Shown piece after piece: positions 1 to 8,679 of a stretch of DNA of 32,000 bases. A program made the translations under genes and the position numbers. Positions within the stretch are counted from its first letter, which is position 1; each line of letters begins with the position of its first letter. Source of the DNA: Promethearchaeota archaeon (GTDB lineage: Archaea; Asgardarchaeota; Hermodarchaeia; Hermodarchaeales; Hermodarchaeaceae); contig JBHLMI010000006.1 of assembly GCA_048938295.1 (NCBI GenBank), positions 1 to 32,000 of the forward strand, in the 5' to 3' direction. Below the pieces are notes generated by a model. That model was not told where the DNA came from, searched no databases, and saw only the letters and a program-made list of their open reading frames with translations.

Positions 1-1197
1 GGTGACGCCTGGTTCCATAGCAACCGATCAATGAACTCCTACCGTGGCTGCGAGCATGGATGTGTATATTGTGATGGTCATTGCCAATACTACCGAATTG
101 ATAATTTCTATACGCATATCCGTGTAAAGGAAAATGCCCCCCAAGTGTTGCGATGGGAGCTGGAACGTGCCAGATTCAAGTCCCAGAGTAAAATGCAATC
201 TGAAACCCTAGTTCGATTCCTAAGTAATCAAGAAAAAACTAAAGCTTTGGACACAGGACCCCGGAAGATCATTGTGGGTATCTCAGGTGGAGTGTCCGAC
301 GCATACCAGCAAGCCGAAGAAAAATACCAGATTACACGACAGGTCCTTGAAACCTTGTATGATTTTCGTCTTCCCGTGTTCATTCTGACCAAGTCGAATA
401 GAGTCCTTCGAGATCTCGACCTGTTGAAAGAGATTCATAGACAAGCCTTTGTTAGTGTTTGTTTCAGTATCACGTTACATAATGAGAAAATGCAGACGAT
501 TTTTGAACCGAAGGCTTCAGCGACCTGGGAACGTTTCGCAGCACTGAAAGAAATCCGTAAAGCTGGACTGTATGGCGGAGTAATGGCGTATCCGACCATC
601 CCAACGATTGGTGACACACCAGAGAACATGGAGGGGCTAGCTAAGGAAGCGAAAAAAGCAGGTTCAGAATTCATCCTCTTTTCCGGAATGACCTTGAAAC
701 CAGGACGTCAAAAGGAGTATTTCTTCAATGTGGTGCGCAGACAAGTACCACGGGTTCACGATCAGTTGCAACAAATCTACGCAAATAACCATACATATGG
801 ATATCCAATCTTCGAGTTGTTGCCGGTGAATCCAGGCCTTCAAGGGCGTCAGGTATGTAAAAAAATGAGGATTTCGGACCGATCTGTTCGGCACAGGCCA
901 CCGAATGAACCTGAGGCAAACATCGAGGTTATCAACCGGCTTCTTGACCTTGTCTACTATCGACAGATCTTGTTAGGTGAGCCAAAGCAGTTCTGGAAGC
1001 CGTATCAGGAGTTGGCTATTAAAATTGAGAAGGGAGTTGAGGACCTCAAAATCCTTGCCAGCGAAGGCATCCTCTCAACGCAACTGAATATCAGTGGGAA
1101 AATGGCAGGAGTTGTCAACGAGATACTTCAAAGTGGCACATTTGATGCCTTGACACGCACAGAACAGGACCTCGATTCGTCTTTTTCTTCACCTTGA
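1..1197 (+). CDS. Radical SAM protein (SplB-like/Rv2578c-like) with a C-terminal helix-hairpin-helix-like domain; 5'-truncated
   Basis: CxxxCxxC motif (CEHGCVYC); family-like segments GVSDAYQQAEEKYQITR, ILTKS and FSITL. The frame is open from base 1 (GDAWFHSNRSM...), so the true start lies upstream of the window. Confidence 0.85.
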   Translation, partial: GDAWFHSNRSMNSYRGCEHGCVYCDGHCQYYRIDNFYTHIRVKENAPQVLRWELERARFKSQSKMQSETLVRFLSNQEKTKALDTGPRKIIVGISGGVSDAYQQAEEKYQITRQVLETLYDFRLPVFILTKSNRVLRDLDLLKEIHRQAFVSVCFSITLHNEKMQTIFEPKASATWERFAALKEIRKAGLYGGVMAYPTIPTIGDTPENMEGLAKEAKKAGSEFILFSGMTLKPGRQKEYFFNVVRRQVPRVHDQLQQIYANNHTYGYPIFELLPVNPGLQGRQVCKKMRISDRSVRHRPPNEPEANIEVINRLLDLVYYRQILLGEPKQFWKPYQELAIKIEKGVEDLKILASEGILSTQLNISGKMAGVVNEILQSGTFDALTRTEQDLDSSFSSP

Positions 1198-1298
1198 TGA
1201 GATCATATAATTGAGTTCGAAGTGAAAGAGCTGAAAAATAGAACTCGAGAAATTGTCCCAATGCGCAACAGAAAAATAGAGAATACTGAACAGAAGGC

Positions 1299-2108
1299 GT
1301 GGGGCGAGATATTATTTCAGAAAAATGTTGGAACTGTGGTGCATCTGTCGATCCAAATGAGAGGGGACAATGCCCGAAATGTCACACCCAACTCACGCGA
1401 TTCGATATGCAGCTGCGGATCGTCGATGACCTTGATGAACTACAAGACGCGCAAATACCCAAAGGCGAGTCCCTTGATCCCATCAAAAAGAAAGAAGCAA
1501 GCATGGCGAACCAGTTCCATAGGTGGCTCAAAGACAAACAAATCCTTCCTGGCGGATATACGATTAAGTCTCAAGGAGCCCTGGTGGGTGACTTATCACG
1601 TCAGGAGTTCGGATTGAAACTTCTCCTCATCGCTGAACCAGAATTAGATCTCAACCCCATCTTGGAGCGTTCAGGGTTTGAAACAAGCCCCACAGATTAT
1701 CGGGCTACTCTCGGGTTCAACCTTTCCTTCCGAGATTATGAGAACACTGAAAACCGCATTCGGGTTCTCGCTTGGAATATCGTCCCTCCATATATCCCCT
1801 ATTTCCTGACCCATTATCGGGGTGCCCATGGGACTATCTTCGTGTTCGATGTACGTAACAAGAATGGATTAGAGTGCATACCATCCCTTCATGACTTGGT
1901 CAAGGACATCAACGGCGACGTTCCCATTGCCCTTGTCGGCCATAAGCCAGAAACTGCTGGTCGGCGGAAGATTACCCGGAAAGCTGCTCAGACACTCGCA
2001 GACCAACTGGAAATCCTCTATCATGAAACCAAAAATCCTAATGGCTCCACCCTTGAACCGGTATTAGAAGTACTCGTCCCTCGCATGCTCGGATTCGCGA
2101 AATACTAA
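1299..2108 (+). CDS. N-terminal Zn ribbon fused to a degenerate Rab/Ras-like small GTPase domain
   Basis: CWNC-x10-CPKC; Rab-like segments DYRATLGF, IRVLAWN, YRGAHGTIFVFDV, VPIALVGHK and YHET. The G1, G3 and G4 motifs are non-canonical. Confidence 0.75.
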   Translation: MGRDIISEKCWNCGASVDPNERGQCPKCHTQLTRFDMQLRIVDDLDELQDAQIPKGESLDPIKKKEASMANQFHRWLKDKQILPGGYTIKSQGALVGDLSRQEFGLKLLLIAEPELDLNPILERSGFETSPTDYRATLGFNLSFRDYENTENRIRVLAWNIVPPYIPYFLTHYRGAHGTIFVFDVRNKNGLECIPSLHDLVKDINGDVPIALVGHKPETAGRRKITRKAAQTLADQLEILYHETKNPNGSTLEPVLEVLVPRMLGFAKY

Positions 2109-2150
2109 TCACCCCTTTATATGAAGAACAGATAGAACATCCAGCTCTTT

Positions 2151-2319
2151 TTATGGACGAAGAAGATAGTGATAATGTCTGCTCTGAGGTGCTGCTGTGG
2201 AGTTCTTTGACATACCTACCCTTCAAGCGGCTTTTACTATTCGTCAGGGATTGGTCTACGGGTTTATCTTGTAATTTCCGCATGGTTCGACGTGTTGCAA
2301 CGGCATCATAGAAGCCCAG
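2151..2319 (-). pseudogene. Probable decayed nitroreductase-family 5' fragment
   Basis: Minus strand reads LGFYDAVATRRTMRKLQDKPVDQSL, resembling the nitroreductase N-terminus (FxDAIxxRRSxRxFxDKPV). It continues as RIVKAA* in a shifted frame and has no ATG at the expected start. Confidence 0.5.
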
Positions 2320-2419
2320 TATATTGCTATCCTTCGTGTGATTGTCGTGCTGCTGCAATTACTAAAGATTTTATATGCCAATCTGTAAAACAACCTAGCT
2401 CTCTTTGAGAGGTAATAAT

Positions 2420-2698
2420 ATGAGTGATGAAGAAACAGCAAGCACATTACTCCTCGTTGCCGGAATCCTTCAGATCATCATTTCGGTTCTTTTAATCTTC
2501 GGTGTTATCACCATTCCTTTGGCAATCGTTGGAATCGTTTTCGGCGCCCTCTGGATATCCTGGCGGGATAACCCAATGGAACACAAAACTGGAGCCATCG
2601 TTACTGGCATCCTTGGACTCATTTTCACGGGTGTTATTCCTGGTATTTTGGCTCTGGTTGCCGGCGCTATTCTGCCCAGTGGAAAGGGTGGAGCATAA
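2420..2698 (+). CDS. Small integral membrane protein (about 3-4 TM), function unknown
   Basis: Hydrophobic helices with GxxxG patterns; a GAGGT Shine-Dalgarno-like motif precedes ATG 2420 (the ORF track starts at 2405). Confidence 0.7.
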   Translation: MSDEETASTLLLVAGILQIIISVLLIFGVITIPLAIVGIVFGALWISWRDNPMEHKTGAIVTGILGLIFTGVIPGILALVAGAILPSGKGGA

Positions 2699-2806
2699 GG
2701 GAACATCGTTCAACGAGAACTATGTTCCTCTCTTCTTTTTTCTCCATGGATATGTAGATGCTGTTTCGGTTGTTAATCAACTGCTTCGAATTTGGTGAAT
2801 TGAGGT

Positions 2807-3265
2807 TCATTTCTTCAATAATTTATTTGGCTCTTTCCACCACTGAGGAACCTTATGGTGCTCAGTGAGAATCTTGAGAACGAATGGCATTGAATCGAAT
2901 TGATTCATGCACAAATTGTATTCCTCTTCAGTCACATCAAAAGTGCGGGGAAGACTATAAAGGAGCATCCCATTTCGACTCGCCATCAGCTTTTTCACCT
3001 TGTCACAAGGGAACTCATCACAGGTCATACAATAGTCGACCCCCCGCTCCTTGGCACAAGGTCGCGCTTTACATTCCTTGTCCGCGATTTTACCGTCAGC
3101 TTTGCATCCATCGCACTGTACGTTTTCAGCTGTATAATTCTGGTGCCCAAAGTACTTACGCCAGCCATCGACAAGTTTTTGCCGGGTTTTTTCATCAGGA
3201 GATTGTGCGGCACACAAATGGCACCGATACCCACAATAACCATGCATTTCAGTCATGTGAACCAC
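2807..3265 (-). CDS. DUF3795 Cys-rich protein
   Basis: CGYRCHLC, CDGC, CKARPCAKERGVDYCMTCDEFPC pattern typical of DUF3795. Confidence 0.8.
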   Translation of the reverse strand: MVHMTEMHGYCGYRCHLCAAQSPDEKTRQKLVDGWRKYFGHQNYTAENVQCDGCKADGKIADKECKARPCAKERGVDYCMTCDEFPCDKVKKLMASRNGMLLYSLPRTFDVTEEEYNLCMNQFDSMPFVLKILTEHHKVPQWWKEPNKLLKK

Positions 3266-3322
3266 AACGTCAAATTATGTATAACGATGATAAGAGCCTA
3301 ACGTTAGGGGAATGTGTGATAA

Positions 3323-4132
3323 CTAGTCCAAGGCTTGGGCTTTGAGCGTTTTAGGCATTTTTTCAATAGCATAGCGAAGGGCTCGGCTGGGCATCTTATC
3401 CTTCTTTTTCATCACATAATTAAAGACCTGATCCTGGAAGTGTTTCGTTGCCTCTTTGAGCATCCAGCCATACCCGTTCTGCACGTACTTCCTTGGATCT
3501 AATAACATGGCATCAGCAACCTCAAAGATATGCTCTATGTGTCGACCTCGACGCAAACCATAAATCAACGACACGGCGGCAGCTCGTAGAATCCAGGGAT
3601 TATCTGATATCGCCCACTTCCTCGCATGCTGGGCAAACTCAGGAAACACATCGAAGAAGTAACCCATGGTATGAGTACAGAAATCATCAACACCACCCCA
3701 CGTGGAGAGATAAAGTGTGGTCCAGCTTTCATAAATCGGGAAATGGCGAGGTTCAAATTGCTTGCGAACCCGATAAGACCAATCGAAGGCTATGGTGCGA
3801 TACTCCCAGCTCCACTGCATCAATAAGGCATTACAAAGGGCTAAGATGGTGTCTATGTCATGCAAGCCTTCGGCTCGGAGCTCTTGAAAGAGCAGTCTAC
3901 TCACTTTCCGAACCATTGGCACATCAAGGGCTGCGATTCGTAAACGGCGGCGGTATTTAGGAGAAAGGGAAACAGGTACAAAGTAGGTCAAGCCCTTGTA
4001 GCCCGCGCTGAAATCTTCATACCAATCGAGCTTCTCAGCTTGAGCAATCACTTCGGGAAATCGATGCTCTACTCGACTAATTTCGATGAGGGCTTGTTTC
4101 GTTTTAGCTATAATGCTATCCTCGGATACCAT
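3323..4132 (-). CDS. alkD: DNA alkylation repair protein (AlkD-like HEAT-repeat glycosylase family)
   Basis: WGGVDDFC, NPWILRAAAVSLI, YVQNGYGWMLKE and MPSRALRYAIEKM motifs of the AlkD family. Confidence 0.8.
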   Translation of the reverse strand: MVSEDSIIAKTKQALIEISRVEHRFPEVIAQAEKLDWYEDFSAGYKGLTYFVPVSLSPKYRRRLRIAALDVPMVRKVSRLLFQELRAEGLHDIDTILALCNALLMQWSWEYRTIAFDWSYRVRKQFEPRHFPIYESWTTLYLSTWGGVDDFCTHTMGYFFDVFPEFAQHARKWAISDNPWILRAAAVSLIYGLRRGRHIEHIFEVADAMLLDPRKYVQNGYGWMLKEATKHFQDQVFNYVMKKKDKMPSRALRYAIEKMPKTLKAQALD

Positions 4133-4210
4133 GTAGAGTTCACCACGGGCTTAAGACTGAATCTGGTTGGTCAAGGACCACTATCTTTTATTTAAGATTA
4201 GGAGTAAGGA

Positions 4211-5110
4211 ATGTGGTTTCGTATGGGGTTTGATGATATAGAATATGCATATGAACGATACAAACTCGAGCGGGACATCATCAAGCCTTACGCAGATGAC
4301 ATGGAGATGGTGAGACGCATCCAAGGCTATGAAGCCCACTTCTTTCCTTGGAGACGCTATCTCTTACTACTGGCCTTCAGTGGCGTAGTCTTCGCTTCTG
4401 TCGCGCTTCTCATCGGAGCTAACCTGTGGATTTTTGGTTCACCATTTATTGGCTATATTTCTGATTGGGTGCCGGTGGGTTTTGTAGTTCTTGGAATCAT
4501 CGGGATTATCTTGGCTCTTCATCTTCGTAGAAAGTTTATGGTAATCTCCGTGGATGGCATCTCCGTCCCTCGCGTTTTTGGAAGCAATCAAACGATTCGC
4601 TGGCCACACATCACAAAGATCAACTTCAAAGCATCCGGGTGGGATGAGGCAATCACGCTCATCATCGAATATGGTTCACAGAAACGAAAAACCCACCTTG
4701 GTTGGTATAAGAACATCTACCTTGCAGGTGCGAGGAAGGAATTACGGTTAGTCCGTGTTCTTCAAGGGTACTATCGACTTCGAGTCCAGGGTATGGACCT
4801 TGAACCGATCCGGAGACAAATCAAAATCGACCGAACCAAACGGTATGGGCTACACGATGCAGTAGGGGGACTTGTGGTGGCGCTCTGGTTGTTGGTCACT
4901 AGAGCACTGATATTCCTTGCGGGTTGGCTCATTGCAATCCCTGCATTGATCATGGCATTTCCCCTCGGACTCGTCGCGTTCATCGGTGTGGGGCTGTATC
5001 AGGGGAAGCCTATGAATTCCACCGTCCGTAGATATCTGGTTGTTTCCCTTCTCGTAATCGTGATTTGCGTAGTGGTAATCCTCGTGATGTTATTAGCCAC
5101 TCTGCTTTAA
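4211..5110 (+). CDS. Polytopic membrane protein of unknown function with a soluble beta-rich (possibly PH-like) loop
   Basis: Two N-terminal TMs, a soluble segment (VISVDGISVP...TIRWPHITKI) and 2-3 C-terminal TMs. Confidence 0.65.
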   Translation: MWFRMGFDDIEYAYERYKLERDIIKPYADDMEMVRRIQGYEAHFFPWRRYLLLLAFSGVVFASVALLIGANLWIFGSPFIGYISDWVPVGFVVLGIIGIILALHLRRKFMVISVDGISVPRVFGSNQTIRWPHITKINFKASGWDEAITLIIEYGSQKRKTHLGWYKNIYLAGARKELRLVRVLQGYYRLRVQGMDLEPIRRQIKIDRTKRYGLHDAVGGLVVALWLLVTRALIFLAGWLIAIPALIMAFPLGLVAFIGVGLYQGKPMNSTVRRYLVVSLLVIVICVVVILVMLLATLL

Positions 5111-5134
5111 TCAGGCAACCAACTAAAAACCGAT

Positions 5135-5767
5135 TTAGGGAAAGGTGTTCTGGACTTTCTGCCACCATGCATTAAACCGTTTCATTATATGATTTCGGGC
5201 TGGTGCCGTCATGCCGGTGACGAAGAAACCAGGTGCAGGGTCATTTAGGATTTTGCGAATGATCCGTATTTGTCCCATGTGACCCATGATGTGCAAGGTG
5301 ATACGCTGGATGCGATTCACAGTGGGCGTCGTGGTTGCAGGCAGGTAACCGAATTTTTTCTCTGGTAATCCTCGAAGATACGAGAAGGTAATTTCACCGA
5401 CCTTGAGGAAATCCTCTACAAGTTCCTTGAAGGTCAAAGGTAGTCCCTGCTGGATGATCTCTTTCGTTTGCCCAATGGTAAAGGGGCTACCTTCCTTCCA
5501 GGACCATTGACCCATGAATGCCTCTCCCAGGCATTCGGCAACAAACTTCTGATCCATGTGGGCTGCTACATGGCCTATGATCCAAATCACGGGATTAATA
5601 TTCGGATTTACCTGTTTTGACACAGTCTCCGGTTTAATGCCTTCAATGGTCCGTAGAAAATTGTAGTAGGCAATCTCTAGGGTTTCTACTGTGTACTCCT
5701 TGAGACTCGCTTTGGCTTTTTCTTTCATAGGGAATTCCTCCCAGGGAGCGTTATTTTCATCCTTCAC
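5135..5767 (-). CDS. DinB/YfiT-like family protein
   Basis: NPVIWIIGHVA and ITLHIMGHMGQIRIIRK supply the His triad typical of DinB-like four-helix bundles. Confidence 0.8.
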   Translation of the reverse strand: MKDENNAPWEEFPMKEKAKASLKEYTVETLEIAYYNFLRTIEGIKPETVSKQVNPNINPVIWIIGHVAAHMDQKFVAECLGEAFMGQWSWKEGSPFTIGQTKEIIQQGLPLTFKELVEDFLKVGEITFSYLRGLPEKKFGYLPATTTPTVNRIQRITLHIMGHMGQIRIIRKILNDPAPGFFVTGMTAPARNHIMKRFNAWWQKVQNTFP

Positions 5768-5858
5768 TCCCTTTAAGGTTTCAACCCTAAGAGGGTGAAG
5801 TGAATTAATCTGTTTTTGAGTTTGGCATTTCTTCTTGATAGCAAAGAGTAATATAGAA

Positions 5859-5899
5859 CTATTCTATTAATAGAATAGCAGTATTCTACTATTAGAATA
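5859..5899. promoter_or_regulatory. Tandem palindromic operators TATTCTA-N4-TAGAATA, probably bound by the adjacent PadR
   Basis: Perfect 20-bp palindrome CTATTCTATTAATAGAATAG at 5859-5878 and a second copy TATTCTA-CTAT-TAGAATA at 5882-5899, ending 10 bp before the padR ATG. Confidence 0.75.
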
Positions 5900-5909
5900 G
5901 TGATAGAGT

Positions 5910-6461
5910 ATGACCTCACTCAACGAACTCACCCAATCCGAAATTGCCATCCTCAGCCTCCTCAGCGAAGGTGAACAACATGGCTACGGACTTAACGAAG
6001 CTATCGAACAACGCGGCTTCCGCAACTGGACCAACATTGGCTTCTCATCCATCTATTGGATCCTCAACCGAATGGAAAAAGCCAAACTCATCACCAGTCG
6101 TAAAGATCCCTCCAAGAAAGGTCCTGAACGCAAACTCTATCGTCTAGCCCAAAAAGGCCAATCTGCTCTACTCGACTCAATTCGGGGCTCGATATCGATT
6201 CCAGAACACATCCGAACGCAGGTTGATTTGGGAGCCGCCTACGTTGAACTGCTACCACGCGAAGAAGCCATAAGGTGCTTTGAAACCTATCGCAAAACGA
6301 TGCAGGAACGCATCAATGGTATCGCAGCAGTCCGCAAAGCACAGGAACCACTCCCATTTGGCGCTCAAATCATCTTCGACCATGGCACCATCAAAGGGAA
6401 AGCAGAACTCGAATGGGTGGACGGCGTCCTCGAACGTTTGAAACAACAACAGGAGAATTAA
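5910..6461 (+). CDS. PadR family transcriptional regulator
   Basis: ILSLLSEGEQHGYGL, SSIYWILNRMEK and GPERKLYRL winged-helix motifs, plus a long C-terminal helical domain. Confidence 0.92.
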   Translation: MTSLNELTQSEIAILSLLSEGEQHGYGLNEAIEQRGFRNWTNIGFSSIYWILNRMEKAKLITSRKDPSKKGPERKLYRLAQKGQSALLDSIRGSISIPEHIRTQVDLGAAYVELLPREEAIRCFETYRKTMQERINGIAAVRKAQEPLPFGAQIIFDHGTIKGKAELEWVDGVLERLKQQQEN

Positions 6462-7618
6462 TGCGAATGAGTAATAAGTACATCATCACCGACTTCGATT
6501 TCTTTGGTGGATTACACTGCGCAACCAGTGCTGTTCGTAAGGTCCTGCAATACAATGATTTACCGATTTCCGAAGAGATGCTCTTTGGACTTGGAGGCGG
6601 GATTGGTTTCATTTACTGGTATGTCAAGCAGATGCCCGCACCCATGGTCGGAGGACGTGGCGGAGGTCGCCATTTCATAGAAGATGCAACTCGCCGAGCG
6701 GGTGTGACACTCGAAGTACAGCGAACAACAAGCAGCAAAAAAGGCCATGCATGGCTACTGGAAAAATTAGCACAGCAAGAACTCGCAGTCATCTATGCGG
6801 ACATGGCGTATCTTCCTTATATGGGAGTGGGCGAAGACGCTCATTTTGGCCAACATGTCTTCGTCGTCTATGGCTTAGACGAACAAGAGAATGTAGTGTA
6901 CATTTCAGACCGGGCTCAAAAAGGCGTCACAGTTACTGTTAATGAATTGAAGAAGGCAAGAGCATCAAAGTTTCCGCCATGGCCTCCACAGCACACTATC
7001 TTCGATTTTCAGCTCCCGAAAGATTTGACCATAACCAAAGATAGAGTAATCGAAGCCATGCAGCAAACTGTTGATGGTATGGTGAATCCACTGATTCGCA
7101 ATCTCGGATTGAAAGGTATCGAGAAATGGTCGAAGCTCATCGTCAAATGGCCAGACCTGTTTCCTGGTGAGAAGCTCATACAAGCCCTCTATCAGGGATT
7201 CATCTACATTGAAACAGGAGGAACGGGAGGAAGCGCTTTTCGCCCCATATATGCCCGATACCTGCAAGAGGTGTCCGAACGCTTCTCCATGCAAGGATTA
7301 GATCCCGTGATCGCAAAGTACGAAGAAGCAGCAAGGATTTGGAGCGAGATTGCCACTCACTTACTCCCCGATGAATACCCGATGTTAAAGCGTGCCCGTG
7401 AACTCATCCTCGAACAAAACCGAATTAGTGAAGAACAACCAGCAGGTGCCATCAAAACGTTGCACGCGATTAATCAAGAGTTTAAGTCACACATCGACGC
7501 CATTCTAGCTGAGGTGGCTGAGGCACCAAAGTTTCTGCGCATTGTACGAGAGTGGATACTTCAACTCTATCAAGTGGAAAAAGAAGCCATCGAACTACTC
7601 CATAACGCGAGTAACTAG
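6461..7618 (+). CDS. BtrH N-terminal (papain-like) domain plus DUF4872 protein
   Basis: HCATSA (Cys), SEEMLFGLGGG, DMAYLPY, HFGQHVFVVYG (His) and ETGGTGGSAFR. ATG 6461 overlaps the padR stop (TAATG). Confidence 0.8.
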   Translation: MRMSNKYIITDFDFFGGLHCATSAVRKVLQYNDLPISEEMLFGLGGGIGFIYWYVKQMPAPMVGGRGGGRHFIEDATRRAGVTLEVQRTTSSKKGHAWLLEKLAQQELAVIYADMAYLPYMGVGEDAHFGQHVFVVYGLDEQENVVYISDRAQKGVTVTVNELKKARASKFPPWPPQHTIFDFQLPKDLTITKDRVIEAMQQTVDGMVNPLIRNLGLKGIEKWSKLIVKWPDLFPGEKLIQALYQGFIYIETGGTGGSAFRPIYARYLQEVSERFSMQGLDPVIAKYEEAARIWSEIATHLLPDEYPMLKRARELILEQNRISEEQPAGAIKTLHAINQEFKSHIDAILAEVAEAPKFLRIVREWILQLYQVEKEAIELLHNASN

Positions 7619-7630
7619 GAAGGATGTAAA

Positions 7631-8245
7631 ATGGAAAAAGTGGATCATAAGAAACTTTTCAAAGAATTCTACACACCAAGTCGAAAACCGGTCATCGTAG
7701 ATGTACCGGCCATGCAGTACCTCATGATTGACGGAAAAGGTTACCCAGGCACCTCAGTGGAATACACACAAGCAATAGAAGCCCTCTATCCCATTTCTTA
7801 CACATTGAAGTTTGCCCTGAAGAAAGCTGGCATCATTGATTACACAGTAATGCCCCTCGAGGGTCTTTGGTGGGCCAAGGACATGGAGGTATTCGTTATC
7901 GATGCTCGAAAAGATGAATGGCTTTGGACCTCGATGATTATGCAACCTCCCGAAGTGACTCAAGAGCATTATAAAGAAGCCTTTGAAGTGGTGCGAGAAA
8001 AGACTGATCCTGTTGCGTTGCTAAAGATGCGAATGGAAACCTACCACGAGGGAGTTTCGGTTCAGGTGATGTATATTGGTCCCTTCTCGGAAGAAGGACC
8101 TGTGATTGAAGCCATGCACCAGTATGCCTTTGACCAAGGGTATGAACTGCGAGGAAAACATCACGAAATTTATCTCAGTGATCCACGGCGTACGGCGCCA
8201 GAGAAACTGCGTACAATAATTCGACAACCTATTAAAAAGATCTAA
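7631..8245 (+). CDS. GyrI-like small-molecule-binding protein (Lin2189/YtkR7-like subgroup)
   Basis: VDVPAMQYLMIDGKG, PLEGLWW, EWLWTSMIMQP, MYIGPFSEE and HHEIYLSDPRRTAPEKLRTIIRQP. Confidence 0.88.
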   Translation: MEKVDHKKLFKEFYTPSRKPVIVDVPAMQYLMIDGKGYPGTSVEYTQAIEALYPISYTLKFALKKAGIIDYTVMPLEGLWWAKDMEVFVIDARKDEWLWTSMIMQPPEVTQEHYKEAFEVVREKTDPVALLKMRMETYHEGVSVQVMYIGPFSEEGPVIEAMHQYAFDQGYELRGKHHEIYLSDPRRTAPEKLRTIIRQPIKKI

Positions 8246-8439
8246 CCATCATTTCCTTTGTCTCTCTCCAAGGTGTAGATGAATATTCAGGGAAAAAGAA
8301 GAATCTGAACCAACGCCTTCAGAACTTTGTTGATTTTCAGGCACTCTGAGTATTTCTCCTCACAATCGTGTTGCCAGAGGATTATATCTTCATACTCACA
8401 ATAATATCTTAGTCACTACAAATTCGTAAGGAAGTAATT

Positions 8440-8679
8440 GTGGTTAAAAAAATGGTGAAATGCTCCAACTGTGGTGAAGAGATCACTGGTAAATCCTATG
8501 ATCGACTTAGATACAAATGGTCTACTAGAATACCCGACCAATTGCATTTCTGCAAGTATTGTTACTTGGAATGTGATGACTTCGATCGGGGGACCTCTCC
8601 CAGTACAGTGATATTTACCACGACCATTACAGTTTTTGTCATCTTGTTGATTATCTGGCTAGTCAAGTTCGCTCACTAA
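8440..8679 (+). CDS. Small Zn-finger protein with a C-terminal TM anchor
   Basis: CSNC...CKYC, followed by a single hydrophobic C-terminal helix. Confidence 0.6.
   Translation: MVKKMVKCSNCGEEITGKSYDRLRYKWSTRIPDQLHFCKYCYLECDDFDRGTSPSTVIFTTTITVFVILLIIWLVKFAH

Noticed and set aside
1222-1617. 131-aa plus-strand ORF overlapping the Rab-like gene
   Set aside because: Alternative frame over a better-supported gene with clear motifs; no recognisable features.
2038-2358. 106-aa minus-strand ORF as an intact gene
   Set aside because: Only about 25 residues look protein-like (nitroreductase N-terminus); the rest is low-complexity out-of-frame sequence, so it is treated as a pseudogene fragment.
6413-6460. 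Longer N-terminus for the BtrH-like ORF
   Set aside because: It overlaps padR by 49 bp; ATG 6461, coupled to the padR stop, is more plausible.
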